Notes: generated by a model not told the origin, from the letters alone. Counted from the stretch's first letter, positions 26,741-41,000 are shown. The stretch is DNA of 64,000 nt from Paragordius varius (GCA_964247055.1 OZ176056.1:8928001-8992000); one strand, 5' to 3'. Numbers and translations: made by a program.

Positions 26741-28770
26741 ATGAAAACACCTTTGCACACCGTTTTAAACAGTTTACAAAAAATAAATCGAAAAGATGTT
26801 GGATTGGATGATGACGAAATGAAAAGTTTGTTTAATTTAGCCAAGGATAAGAAGATTGTTAGCATGATGAATGTTCATGAGCTTTTGAATCAACATTCTC
26901 ACAATCATTTGCCTCTCAGTACAAATGCTCATACAATATTTTTATCCATATATAAATGGTTGAAGAAACAAAACAAAGGGAATTCTTTGGAAAACTTTGT
27001 TGAATTGGAAGGTGTTCTTAAAGCTCACGACAATGTGGCATCCCAAATTATTATTCATGACACGGATTCGATTACAAGTGAGGAGAGAAATAAATCAGCT
27101 AACAACATTAACTATAATAGCAAAGATGCCTTTGCTTATCAACTCAACGGTTATGAAGCTCAAAATTTAATTCCTAACAACCATTCGATTCAAAATCATT
27201 CTAGAACCAATACCATCACCACCACTAATTCCCTCTTAGATGAATATATCCCTGTTCCGGGTGCTAATGGACAAGGTGGTATAGGTTTATTGTTGCCTCC
27301 TTCTTCAAATAATAACGCTCATGCAATGTTACGACTTATTGGGATAAAACTTGTCCGAAATCAACCGCTGGGCATAACTATTCGAGAGGAAGACAATGGC
27401 GATTTCGTTGTTGCTCGAATACTCCAAGGCGGTTGTGTTGACCGTCAAGGTCTCTTACACCCCGGCGATATAATCCGTGAAATAAATGGCGTCCCTGTTC
27501 GCACCATGGAACAAATTAATCAGGCTTTGCGCACGGCTCTGTTTAATTGTAATAACCCTAACCTAAACAACAATCAAAATCGTAACAGTAATGATTATGA
27601 TAATACTCCTTGTCCAAGAGAAACGGATGACACCATGTCAAATTATAGCGCCACAACTGCTACTCAAACAGATCATCGAAGCAGTTGTAGCATAACGCTA
27701 AAAATTGTCCCCAATTATGCGGAAAAAATTGCGCCTGCCCCTGTGTACGTTAAAGCACTATATGATTATGACCCACGAAAAGATAACCTTATTCCCTCCC
27801 GGGATGCCGGTCTACGATTTCGACAAGGCGATATCCTTGAAATCGTAAACAAAGAAGATCCCAATTGGTGGCAAGCTCGTAGGATTAAAAGTTGTACCTA
27901 TCATCATGTCACTAACATGGGAACAGGCAGCCAAAACATAACAACCAAAGACACGTCAAATAATAATCATATTAACATGTCTAAGAAAAATCATAAAACG
28001 GGGTATGACTATATTTTTGTGGATAATTTAAATATTTGTATAATTTTATCAACACGCAATTTCAAAACAAATAATAATATATAATATAAATACTTTTAAA
28101 ATTAATTGTTGATTTCCCTAAAATACAGTCTTTTCTCTGAGAATTTAAAATTTTTCTCTATTATTGATGTCATTACATATTATTAAACACATCCTTAATT
28201 ACCTATATAATATCTAATTTATAAATTTTATAAAATAAAAAGAAAATTAATTTATACATAGTATTATTTGTTAATTTAGAGAGGAAACAATAAAATTTTA
28301 AATTATAAATTTAAAATTCCCTTTCTTTCATTAAAATTTATACCTACAAAACATAAAAAATCCTTGTTTAATTTGGATAGTATTTTTGACATAAACGCAT
28401 CATTTTTATTAGAACCGCCGAAAAATTATTTTAAATTGTTAAAATATTCAATGGCATGATTTAAAATTGTCATTTTAGGGTTCATGTGGGAAAAAAATTA
28501 AGATTTTAAAAAAGTATGCCTTGCCTATCTTTATAAAAATATCTGTCTTTATAATTTTTACATTTTGTAATTTTTTCCTTAGGAGTATAAACACTGGCAT
28601 GTCAGAAGATGGCATTTCAATGGGAATCGATGATACCAATTCAATTTCCACGTCTTTTGGGGGAGGAAATAGTAGTGTAGCTAGGCTTATACCATCTGCC
28701 ACGTTGGCCGAAACTCGAAGGGCCTATGCTAAACCAACCCTCGATATAATTGGTAAATATTTATATATAA

Positions 28771-28805
<35 letters not shown>

Positions 28806-31800
28806 TTTAGATAGATTTATTGGTAGATTTTATAGAATATTTTGAAAAAATGTGGGAATTTGGCAAGTTTATTTATGTAAGCTTATTTTTATAGATAAGG
28901 TTTTTATAGAAACAATGTAATATATCTGTAGAAATATGTTAGGCTAGGTTAGGTGTGCTATTAGGAAACACCCTATACTAAAGTTTTGGTAATTTATGGT
29001 TTTATTACACAAAATTAGCGCGCGCTTTCTATGATTTAAAATTTTTGATTCTCAGTTAAAAACAATGCTTTAAAAAATTTTGGTTTTGATTATTTTTGTA
29101 AGTCAACTTTTTTTCTCCAAATCTTGAGACCTAAATAAGCGCAAACTTTGTATGATTTAAAAACTATAAACATGTTATTTTATATATATATATATATATT
29201 TTAAATTTTTAATACTATGCCGATCATTTTCAATTATTAATTAACTTTTTGGTAAAATATCCGCCGAACAGAATCTATTTTTTACATTTGGAATTTTATA
29301 ACTTTATACACTCACATGTTAGTTTTCACACATATGATTTTATGATTTCAATCCATCACAGGTGATTTTCCAGATGGTCTTTTAGCGCACACAGCTGTTC
29401 CCTTGCCTGCTAGTCAGCGATTGCTGGCTTGTGGAGCTGTAGTGACGCGGACACAGGCCCGCAAAGATTATCGCGTGGGCGAGAAAAACGCCATCTTCGA
29501 TGAATGTGACGTCAAGGCTTACCTCGAGGTTAGTCGCATGCCTCCTTTTCAACGCAAATGTCTCGTGCTGATTGGCCCACGGGGTGTGGGAAAAGCATGC
29601 TTAAAACATATGTTGGTTGCCCATAGCAACCATGTGGCGGCCAGCTGGTCGAATGGAATCAATAGGGGTAAATGGTTCTGAATGTATTAATGAGTTTCAT
29701 ATACATATAGAGATACTATTTTTGATAAAAATATATTATATGTTTAGATTTTTAGAGTTAAGATTTTATTAGGGGCATTTGATTTTTATTTTTTTCCAAA
29801 ATCATTGGTTGAAAATTTAGAGCCAAACTATAATAGTGTAACACTTTCGGACCTATATCGTTTGAAAGTTTTTTTTAAGTTAGAATTAACTTAATATTAT
29901 TAAAAATATCCAAAAAATTAAATAAGCGATTAAGGTTATTACTTTATCTTTGAACCCTAATTATCTTAGCCAATATTGTATAAAATTTTGTAAATAAGCA
30001 GCATTATGTGGACAGTAAAATGATCCTTTTGTAGGGACAGTTTTGATTTTGAATTTATCTATCTTTACTCTTTTCCTCCAGTATTTTGGCAATCGATATC
30101 ATGGTTTAAAGTTAAAAGAGGAAACAATACACTACAGTAAAAACTGAAATTATATACGGACAAAACGTAAAAATATAAAGACAAATATTTTTTTCTAAAA
30201 GACAATTATACTGTTTGAATCTTAATTATTATATATATAACTCATTATTTTTAACTGGAAAGTAGGAAATTGATTATCGGTACAATCAATTATATATTTT
30301 ATTATTGTAGTTATTATATATTGTATATAAGAAAAATTAAGGTTTGAAAAAGTATGGTTTTCTTTTGATATTTATCCTTATATTTTTACGTTTTTGACCG
30401 TATAATTTCAATTTTGACTACTTAAATGCGTCATTTAGGGTAGTCTCTTGTTTCCACGTGTTTTAAACAGTCATTTTATGTATATATAGAAGAAAACAAT
30501 AGTACGACGACGACCCTATTTGGAAGTGCCATACCTCATACTTCACGAGCACCGAGACCAGGTGAAATCCATGGGCAGAGTTATCATTTCGTTACGGATC
30601 GCGGTCAAATGGAGGCTGATATAGCTCAAGGTGACACATACCTCGAACATGGCACTTTCAATGAACACTTGTATGGCACACGGTTTGATTCAATCCACGC
30701 CGTTATTAATGAAAAGAAAATGTGTATTATAACTTGTTCGGAGGGAACGATAGCTCAAGCCTTATGTAACCCTGTTTATACGCCCTACGTCGTTTTCATC
30801 GCCGCTCCGCCCATCGATAAATTCCGGGGTTTATGGCGTACCATAAGTACGCACACTTATCCTTTTCGCACAAATACTCGTTCTAGTGGTCAAGGTAAAG
30901 GTAAAGATACTATAAGTAATTGATTTTATGATTTGGTTGAATTAGATTGAATTTGAGTTATTGATTGATTGAAATTTTGGTTTATTTGATTGGAAGAGTT
31001 AGGGCTTTTTTGCTTAAAATTTGATATTTGTAAATTTTTTTTTACAATTATAAAGATGATTAAATGATGTAACCCACTGCAAGCTCCTTTTATATGGTAA
31101 TGATCGGTTATAATTGGCATTTTGTATTTTCAATAAATTTGATTTTTGGTATCTAAAGACGCTTAAATGCTATATTACACAAGGATAGCGTGTAATAGAG
31201 CTTAAAAAAATTTGAATATACGGCGTAAATAAATTCATTTGCATTATTTCAAACAATAATATGTTGTTAAAGTAACATGATGTCATGGTCTTTTTATCCA
31301 AAAAATATTTGCCATACTTTTTTTGGCTTTTTGTTTTGTCTTAAAAGGATTGCAAATTTAAAAATTTAAATTTTTAGATCGAAATAGCGACACCTCATCA
31401 GATAGCAACAGCGATAGCGATACAGAAAGTGAGGATATTTTAACATCAGAAGAGACCTCTGGAGATGATTTGAAATATGAAAAAAAGAAAAAAATCAAAC
31501 AAAAGCAAAATCAAAATCAAAATGGAAAAAATGAATCGCCTTCAAGTTCGCATGGTGAGAATAGTGGAGGGAGTTATGATTTAAATGGTAATTTTTAAGC
31601 AAATATTGATGATTTATTTTAAAAACCTAAAAAATGTTGTTTAAAAATGGCGTTATCTTTTATATAAAAGTTATGAAAGCACTAATAATTTCCCTGCTAA
31701 AACAAAGCTCCAAAATAGGTGGCTCAAATAAAAACGTATTATATCTTAATCTGAAATAAAAAATATTTTTTTCATAAAAATTATATATAATCTGTATTTG

Positions 31801-32415
31801 AGATATTAATATTATATAATACAAATTTTTATACCAAAGACTTACACGATTTGCGTTTTGAAATTTTTTAATCTGTAGAAATTTAACTTTAATTAATAAA
31901 ACCATATTTTGTGCGGGTTTTTCATAAATTTAAATTGATTTTTATTCAAGAATATAACACTTTTTGCTATTAAATTTATCGAAAATTTAGGTTAAAAAAT
32001 AGTTTTTACAAATGGTATTTTTACATTATTCCATATATTAGCGGAAAAATCATGGAAAAACGGACATCCTCCAGCTAATATACCCCTATCGAGTAGGCTT
32101 AATTCCATGGCTATTTCATCTGCAAATTCAAATCTTTTCTCAAATAATAACCACCATCATACTGCCACTAAAAAGGAACATAAAATTTCAAAAAAATTGC
32201 CCCCTGCCCTTTTATTAAGTCCCCTAAGGAATCCTGGCGATATTGATTCACATGAAATATTTGAGGAGAGTTGTCAACTTAAACGACAATACAGTCATTT
32301 GTTTGACCTTTCCATAGTTAATACAAATATTATGGACACATACGCGCTCATTATTGAACACGTTGAAAAACTAAGGACTGAAACTCAATGGGTTCCTACA
32401 GATTGGATCTTTTAG
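26741..32415 (+). CDS. MPP6: p55-subfamily MAGUK (L27-L27-PDZ-SH3-GuK), MPP6/MPP2 (PALS2/varicose)-like, 6 exons
   Basis: Domains: L27 (LEGVLKAHDNVASQ); PDZ (PLGITIREEDNGDFVVARILQGGCVDRQGLLHPGDIIREING); SH3 (VYVKALYDYDPRKDNLIPSRDAGLRFRQGDILEIVNKEDPNWWQA ... ARLIPSATLAETRRAY); GuK (MPPFQRKCLVLIGPRGVGK, IPHTSRAPRPGE, YLEHGTFNEHLYGT, PYVVFIAAP); C-terminus QWVPTDWIF. Exons are 26741-28002, 28583-28752, 29362-29667, 30490-30894 (or 30900), 31378-31587 and 32042-32415. Phases are consistent and 2727 nt gives 908 aa. The symbol denotes the nearest vertebrate paralog group, not proven one-to-one orthology. Confidence 0.9.
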
Positions 32416-33280
32416 ATTTACTTTTGTTTTAATTTTGATTGATTTTACAATATGAGTTTGCGTTTTAAACATTATTTAATAGGTCCACAAATATATTTTT
32501 TATATATTATCTACCAATTTTCTGTCAAAAGCAACATTTGTTAAGCAAACGAAACATTTAGTTAAGGTTGAAAAAATGTTGAGTTAGCCTGAATAAATGT
32601 TGCTTTTAGATGAAATTGCTCTTGACTGAAAAATGATCTATAATAGGTATGTGAGAAAACTATTTTCAGTATATTAATTTAGAATAGTTTGTTTAAAATG
32701 TGAATTTTTCTTTATCTATTTTATATACTCATTTTAATTTATTGTTAGATATACATAATTAAATAATCAAATCTCTTTAAAATAATCGGATTCCAAAAGC
32801 GTAGTGATTCATTTTTCATTGCATTTAAGTTAAACTAGCCATTTATCATTTTTTTATTTTTTTATGTTTTTATAATTTTTGTCCATGCATCATTTATTCC
32901 ATGGAATATGTGATCTAATTCAATCAAATTCTTATCAAAATTTTTATTCACCATATTTCTGCATTCTTAGATAAAAATATTTTGATTAATATTTTTACTA
33001 CTAAAATATCGTTTTTTAAAACCTACTTATCATTTGTATTTATCTCAGATAACCAGGCCATATCAACTCACAACAATATTTATTTTTATAAAGCATTTTT
33101 TTCATATTTCTTATTTATTTAAATTTTTATCAAATAATATCTTTATATATTTTTATATGTGTGATTTTTAGGCTACATTTTATAGACCAATATAATAAAT
33201 ATTTTTTTCGTATTGATTGAATATTAAGCAATGACTTTCAATATTCAATAAAAAGTTTGTTAACATTTGTTGTATACTTA

Positions 33281-33552
33281 CAGTAAAAATTATGCGGACA
33301 ATATGTAAAAATAAAAACAATTTTTTTTCCTAGAGACACCTTACCTTTTTAAATTTTAATTTATTCTATAAAAAAAATTTAATAACAATCGTAAAATACA
33401 CAATTAATTGTGTTACTAATTGATATTTCTTATGTTATACTTTGTAGTTTAAAACAAAGAGTTATATCTAAAAATATTAAATTTAAAAAAGTATAGTTGT
33501 CTTTTTGTCCTTACTTGTTCAAGTTTTGTCCGTATAATTTCAATTTTTACTG
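33281..33552. mobile_element. MITE family 1 copy between the MAGUK and CBM14 genes
   Basis: TA|CAGTAAAAATTATGCGGACAA ... TTGTCCGTATAATTTCAATTTTTACTG|TA. Confidence 0.85.
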
Positions 33553-33766
33553 TAAATTTAAAAGGCATCCGTATATAGATTGAAATGATTGATTGTAGAT
33601 GTATTATCCAGAGTATAAAAGTTTTACAACAAAAATATTATCAATAATCCACTAAAATTTATTATTAAATTATTATAATTATCTCAAACATTAAGTCAAA
33701 TTGAGAATAACAAAGATATATCTAAAATTTTGTAAAATAATTTCTATAAACCAAAAATGTTTATAT

Positions 33767-36700
33767 TTAATTGTAAATTATCTTATTATCGGGGTTAGAG
33801 TTATGATTAGTATTGCCATGTTTTAAGGTATATCTTTCAATTGCAGCTTTAAGATCATCGATTAGCCTTTGCTTTCCTGTGCAAACCCCAAGGAATGGAT
33901 TAAACCAAAGGGTGGGTGGACACGCTTTTATAGTATAAGAACCAGACTCCTGACATAAAACATACTTTGTCAAATCCGAGGGGAAAATATTAACGTATCG
34001 ATTGCGTTTTAAAGCACTTTCTGGACAATCTTTTTTATGAGTGAATAAAAATTGAAATTATACGGAAGGACAAATGGTAAAAATATAAAGACAAATATTT
34101 TTTCTTAAATAAAACCATCATACTTTTTTAATCTTGATTTATTTCATTATAACAAATTGTTTTAAACTCCAAAGTATAGAAGAGAGATGTATATATTAGT
34201 AACATAATCAATGATTGTATAATGTTTATAATAGAATAAATTAAGGTTTTAAAAAGTATGGTTGTCTTTTGAAAAAAATACTATCCTTATATTTTTACGT
34301 TTTAATTTCAATTATTACTGTAAAAATTAATAATGATTGTATTTTTTTGTTTGGAAGATGTACCAAGGACATTAAAAATATACAAAGGCAAAATGGAAAA
34401 CTTAAAGATAAATATTTTTATTAACGACAACCATATATTTTAAATCATGATATTTAAAATATTGCTTATGGAGTAAAGATGTAAATGTGTTGTAAACCAA
34501 ATTATATATTTTAATTGCAATAATTTATACTATATCAACCAATATCATAAAAAAGTATGGCTGTATTTACAAAAATATGTTTTTAGTTTTAACGTTTTGA
34601 TTTTTACTATATATCATTTAAACTTCAAATTCACCTGTAAACAATTCAAATATACCCTGAAATAAATCAAGTTTTTTTAAAATTAAAATTTTGCTATATT
34701 TTTTATATTTTAGAGGTTTTTGTTTAAAATTGAAATAATACTGAAAAAATAAAAAATTAAGTCATAAATATATATTTTATCCCGAAAACACAATTTATTT
34801 TTAGAGTGAATTTGAATTGTTAAGGTTTAGATTGTAAATAATATACATACATAAGGTGACCAAAATAAAAAAAATTTTTTATTAAATACATTTAAATTTT
34901 TTATAATAAATTAATTTTTATCCGTTTAAAATCATTAATGATCTTTAAAATCTATATGAGTACAAAAAGAGGTCGTAAACGATGAATTAATGAAAGATTT
35001 TTTTTTATCAAAAAAAAAAAAACAAAGAATGAATCATTTGTTAAATGTTTATTATGCGAGGGGGGAATTCACCCTAGTACATGGCGGAAAGCATGATATA
35101 ACAAAGCATATGGAAACACAGAAACATAAAAAATGTTTAGATATGGCGGCATCATCTTACAAAATAAGCGATTTTTTTTCGAAAAACCGCTTATGGAGAG
35201 GAAGAAAAGAATTTGGCACTAGCTGAAGGCGTTTTATTTTTCTCGCCGTTAATCACAATCATTCCTTTAGATCTATGGATGGTACTTCAAAGGTTATTAT
35301 TCGTACCATTTAATAAAAAATTTCCATGTGCCCGTACAAAAGCTGAAGCCATTGTGTGCAATGTCCTTTCGCCACATGCATTTTCTGAAACACAAAAAGA
35401 TTTGCTGAAAATTAATTTCATATCGCTATACTCTTATGCATCAAATCATAAAAAAACAATTATTTCCCACTTTAATGAGATATTTTGATCCAGAAACTGG
35501 AGTAATTGAAATATTAGATTTTATATCGCTTCCCGGTGTAAATTCAGATATTATTTTTACTTCAATTAAGAATATTCTAGAAAAAAAATAAAATAAAAAC
35601 AAAATCATAGCATGTTGCGCTGACAACACCAATACGAACTTCGGTGGAAAAGCAAGGAGGGGAACAAAAATATTTTTCATAAATTAGCAGATAATCTTAA
35701 AACATCATTACAACATATTCAAACAGCTGCTGATTTGTTACCTCTAGATGTGGAAAATGTAGTCGTTAAAATTTATCTATTTTTGAATATGTAAAATTCG
35801 CACTATCTTTACCTCGAACCAACGCTGCTACTGAGCGCGTTTTTTCCACAATAAATCAGGTGTGGACATCGGAAAAATCAAATATAAATGTTAAAATTTT
35901 AATGGCCATTTTATCTGTCAAATATAATTAGACAAATTGTGAAGACTTTTAAAAATGATGATCTGGTAAAACGCATTCATCAAATAAATAATATACCAAA
36001 GAATAAAATAAATTTTTATATTTATAATATACTAGCGTAAATCTCGCGCTGCTACTTAGCCCGAGGAAGTCCTTCGGACTTCTGGGGGGGTGGGGGCATA
36101 TTTGAAAAAAGGGATCAATAAAATGATCCATATATGTGGATTATATCGAAACATCATTTAATAGCGATATCTCATAGGATTTTCAAAACGGTGCTGATAC
36201 TAATATATTGTTTACTGGTGTAAAGGCCACAAATTGACGGCTAACGAAAAAAACCGCTTTACTATAATTAGCTTTTTATGGGTAATATTTAAAGCCATTA
36301 TTGATCTCATATGGCTTCTTTTTGAAAATTAGCACCAAATCCACGCCATTTTTGTATGACATCTCAGTTTTAAACCGGTACACCCCTACCCATAGGCCTA
36401 TATGGAAAAAGCACTAGGTTAAATTTTTTGCCTTTATAGGGAAATATTTGGAATTATCTTTGAGACCATCGTTTCATGGGTTATTCGAAAACATACCTCA
36501 ACACTAAATGTTATATGATGGCGTATTTTTAGGGCATAAAGGCCTTAAATTAACAGCTAATAAAAAAAGGCCTGACCTTAATTTTCACCTAGTTACGGAT
36601 AATATATCAGACCCTTATTAAACTTATATGGCCTAATAATTTCTGAAAATTGTCTTCTAAACAACGCAATTTTGATATGGTGGCCCAGTTGTAGGCGGGT

Positions 36701-38025
36701 AGCTCCCTAGCTGGTGGCTGATACAAAAAAGCGCTTGAATCAAAATTTTGCCTTTTTACGGAGTATACCTGGAATTATAATTGATTCCATATAGTTTTTG
36801 GAAAATTGCCCCAGAACTAGAAATTCATTCTATGGTGGCGCATTTAGGGCGTGAAGGGCTTAATTAATGTCAACTGCACAATCGAAATTCTTGCCTTGTT
36901 ACGGGTAATATTTTAAGCAGCTATTGAACTTATCTGGCATGAAATGTTATAGCCCCAAAGGTACGCTAATATGACAGGGTTTTTAGCGGATATCTCCTTA
37001 CCCACAGCCAATATAAAAGAAGAGCACGACTAAAATTTTTGAATTTTAACAGGGATACCTGGAATATTTATAATTTTTACGGTCTCATACCTTGGGCGAA
37101 AAATAGATTCAAAAAATTATTTTTGTGGATGCTTTTTGAAATAAATGGCATTTTACGGGGGGAGCGGATAAAAAGAGGGCCTTAATTAAAAAAGTGAACC
37201 GAATATGTTCGGCACAATCGAAAACAGGAAAAAAATCATATTTGAAATCGAATGGTTCAACACGTTTCCGGAAAATTGTCTCGAAGACACAATTTTTGTG
37301 GACTTATATTTTAAAAAAAGCGTTTTTTACACGGGGTGGGCCCGAACTGGGGACCTAATTCAAAAAAGGGCGTAGTTATTGTCGGGGTTTTCCATCCCAA
37401 AGCCACCACTTTCCATTTTTATTAATATATAAATTTGTGTTAAAAATAAATAAATATTACAATAAATTTTTTATAAAAATTTTTGGTTGACCCCCCATGC
37501 TCCCCCTTTCTTAAATTTATCCCGCTTTTTCCTTCAAAAAATCTGGTCACCCTATATATAAAGTAAATATGGAAATTATACTAACAAAACGTTAAAATAT
37601 AAGGACAAATATGTTTTTCTAAAATACAACCATGCTTAAATCATGATTTATTTCAATATAACTCATTGTTTAAATGGCTAAGTGTGAAATAGAGATATAT
37701 AAAACTAACACAGCCACTATGTTTTACAATCGTAACTAAGGCTTATATGAGAAAGATTAAGGTGTTAAAAAGTATGGTTGTCTTTTTAATAAAATTATTT
37801 TTCTTTATATTTTTACGTTTTATCCGTATAATTTCATACTGTATATATATAGTAAAATTTTGATAAAAAATGCTTACATTTGCTAAAATCTGTCGTTTGA
37901 TAAGGAATTTCATAGAATATGGTTGATGGGCCATTTTCTTGACATATAACGAATCCTAAGGAAAAAATAGCAAACAAGAAAAGCATTTTTATGATGGAAT
38001 TTCGTTTCAACAATATATTCTTCAT
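33767..38025 (-). CDS. Secreted chitin-binding type-2 (CBM14/peritrophin-A-like) protein, 2 exons, ~136 aa
   Basis: Exon 1 (38025-37878) has a signal-peptide-like MLFLFAIFSLGFVIC and ends AAA T|GTAAGC. Exon 2 (34029-33767) follows AAAAAG| in matching phase 1 and gives YCPESALKRNRYVNIFPSDLTKYVLCQESGSYTIKACPPTLWFNPFLGVCTG. The K-Y-x-x-C ... CP-x-x-L-x-F-N-P-x-x-x-x-C pattern is typical of ChtBD2. Confidence 0.75.
34852..37554 (+). mobile_element. Degenerate hAT (Blackjack-like) DNA transposon inside the CBM14-gene intron
   Basis: TIRs are TAAGGTGACCAAA and TCTGGTCACCCTA (TAGGGTGACCA type), with a possible decayed 8-bp TSD (TACATACA/TATATAAA). Frameshifted transposase remnants at 34990-35930 read HGGKHDITKHMETQKHK, KFPCARTKAEAIVCNVLSP, ASNHK, IIACCADNTNTNFGG, LPLDVENVVVKIY and TNAATERVFSTINQVWTSEKS. 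Confidence 0.8.
36032..37433 (-). mobile_element. Non-autonomous Helitron nested in the hAT element, with ~315-bp diverged internal tandem repeats
   Basis: On the minus strand the 5' end is A|TTTATATATTAATAAAAATGG and the 3' end is ...CTAG|T. There is a subterminal hairpin GAAGTCC-GAA-GGACTTC. It shares both ends with the copy at 59719-60366. A motif resembling AGGGCATAAAGGCCTTAAATTAA recurs near 36217, 36530, 36846 and 37165. Confidence 0.7.
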
Positions 38026-41000
38026 TTTTATTAAACGATATTATCCTTATGTTTATGAAAAAAAGTTTACAAGTACTTTACAATAGTAAGCATAACCAAT
38101 TTTATAGTTTTGTAAACACTTAAATTAACCATTAACCAATTAACTATTTTTATGTATTTGTTCATTTTATATAGAAGTTCTTCCATTAAAATGTTGTCTT
38201 TCCTGTATAATTATTTAATTATTGGAAAATTGGCATTTGAAATGTATGTTGAATTCCGGATTAAGTTTATCGGTTGTTGTGTTCACAAATAATTTGGTAT
38301 TATTTTTAAAATATCAGATATTTTAATTACATTTTAAAAAAGTGGTAGGATTGAGTCAATAGATATATTAATATATAAATTAAACGTTTTTAATATATAC
38401 TTAAATTTGAAGAATTGAGATATTTTAATAAAGAGTAATGGGGAAAAGGATTAAATTGTTTATTCTTATTAAATCGTAAAATATTTTTAAGTAAGGAAGT
38501 TAAAATTTTAAATAAAACCATTTGATATCCTCAACACTTGTGATTAATAAAAACTTTTTAAAACAAAAACTCACTTTTTTCAAATTTCGGTTATGACATG
38601 TTTGATATTTTAACATTCAATGATCATACAAATATAGTTCTGCTTTATATGACCGTATAAGAACGATACTAACTCTACCTGTTAACATATTAACTCAATT
38701 AAATATTAGACAGCTAATGTGACATACATAGAGGGGGACAGAATATTAATCTTTTTATATGGGCCTTTTCCCCTAAATTGCGTACAAACCTGTCGCTCTG
38801 ATTTGGATTATCTCACCTAATATAACCATTTAATTTAAGGTTAAAAATATTCCTAAATCGGCGATTAAGAGAAGTTTTTATAAAGGATATTTTTTGCCAA
38901 TTAAGCATGTAAATCGTAATAAACTCGATGGAAAATATCAGTTTTTACGTGATCAATGAATTTTTTTCAAATTTCTTAAAATTATTCCTTTAGCAATTGC
39001 GAACTTTATAAAATAAAAAAATACTAAAAATTATATATACATAATTTACGGTAATCTAATGGTACTTTTAGTTCTCAGGATCACTAATCATTTAAAACGC
39101 CGAAAACCTGCAATTTTGGGTGTCTCTGAGTAAAATAAATTTAAATCAAAGAATCGATGTTGTATGATACTTTGATTGTACTAGCCCATGTTCATTTTTT
39201 TCTTAATATTATTTATTTACTAAAAAATGTTGTTTTTTTGTGGCACAAATTTAATATGATAACATGAATACACAAAATTTTAACTAAAATTAACTATTTA
39301 AAAATGAAATAACAATCCTTATAATAACTAAAGAATTAATTTACATAAAGCTTAAAAACAGTATCACCACTTAAAAATAAATCAATATTATATAGGTAGA
39401 GAGAATTGTGATAATTATTATAAAATATTATATCAATTCAATTAGGTTTAATCAAAAAAAGTTAGTTTAATAATTTGATGAAAATGTAAACATATGATTA
39501 TTTAACCAGATAAATATTTAAATAATTATCAAACTACTTAGGCGCCATTTTACAACACATTTGCAAAATATCGAGTTTTTTGGATTTTAAGCCTAAAATT
39601 TATTTTTATTCTTTTAAAATCGCATTTAACATTAAAAAGAAATGGTATATTTTGCATTATTTTATATTTTATGCACACGTGATGTTGGATAATATTTTAC
39701 CTATGGGTTTTACCTCTAAATATCAAGTATTTTTGAATCAATTTTTAATTAAGTTCATTTATTGTGTTATAAGTGCAAACTTTTACCATGTTTCAATTGA
39801 TTCCATATTTTTTAAAATATCTAATTTTAAACATGTCCGGGGTAACTAACAACCCAATATGCAAAGGACTGAAATGAATGTGTTGTATCCAAGTGTTAAA
39901 ATGAACGCAATTGCTGAGATTACGCGATAAAATTTTGATATCTAAAAATATTTAAAACAATGCTCTCATTTCTTGAAAATGTAATTTGTAGCAAAGTCTT
40001 GTTGAAGCCTACTTCATACAATTTTAAAAGATAAAAACGATATTACTCTTTAAAATATTATAAATTATTCTAAAATTTGATTTGAACTTTGCTATCACTA
40101 GGTCTACATAGGTAAATTTTATAAAAAAAACGCAATATCAGATTTAATATAAATTTGAAGATGAACTAATTTTAATCAAATTTCTCAGATGATGTATTCA
40201 TCATCATTAATTATAAGGGTTATTGTCATATATTTATTCGGAATCATACCGTTTCCAGCATGCATCCAAATATATGTGCGGTTGACAAAATTTTTCTACA
40301 AATTAAATTTTTTAAAAAAAGTATGCATTTGGAAAAAATATTTTTGGTTGATATCAAAATTTAGCATATATTTTAATTTTTATTGTGCAACTACGGCATT
40401 ATTACAATTATTTTAGAACTTCCCCATTAGAAGAGCCTAAATTAGGGACTTTTGTAGCCCAAATATAATTATTAAAATTTTTTAATTATTGTTTTGCTTT
40501 TTATATGTAGTATATATATTTTAGTGATTTTTGGAATGAAGCATTTAGCTTTCACCAAAATTTTTCTACAAAATGTGCGAAAATTTTGCCATTTCTGATA
40601 TGAAGTTAATACAAAAGCTTTATTAACTTTCTTATATAAAACGTAAGGGCCTAAAAAGGCACATCATACATTTCCATATCGAAATTAATATATTTCTTAA
40701 CGATATTTTTTAGACCTCCAGATTTCAGACGCAATACAAATTTATTATATATTATTTATACAAAATATTATAAAAGAATTTGAGAGAGTACCCGCTGTTA
40801 AAATTATTCCAAATAATCGTAAAAAATGGTTCATATTGCGGTAAAAAATAGATTGGCCTATTTTTATTTGCTTAAATTTTATTTTCTGTTCATATTATAC
40901 ATGGAATCGGGTTTCGGACAGAAGAACTTGCTTATGAATGCAGCCATAAACTCAAACTCTACCGCAGGCTAATAGCCATTTCCCACAGGGCGCCCGCAAA

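Noticed and set aside
28773-28802. (TA)n microsatellites (also ~14290-14314)
   Set aside because: These are ordinary in an AT-rich genome.
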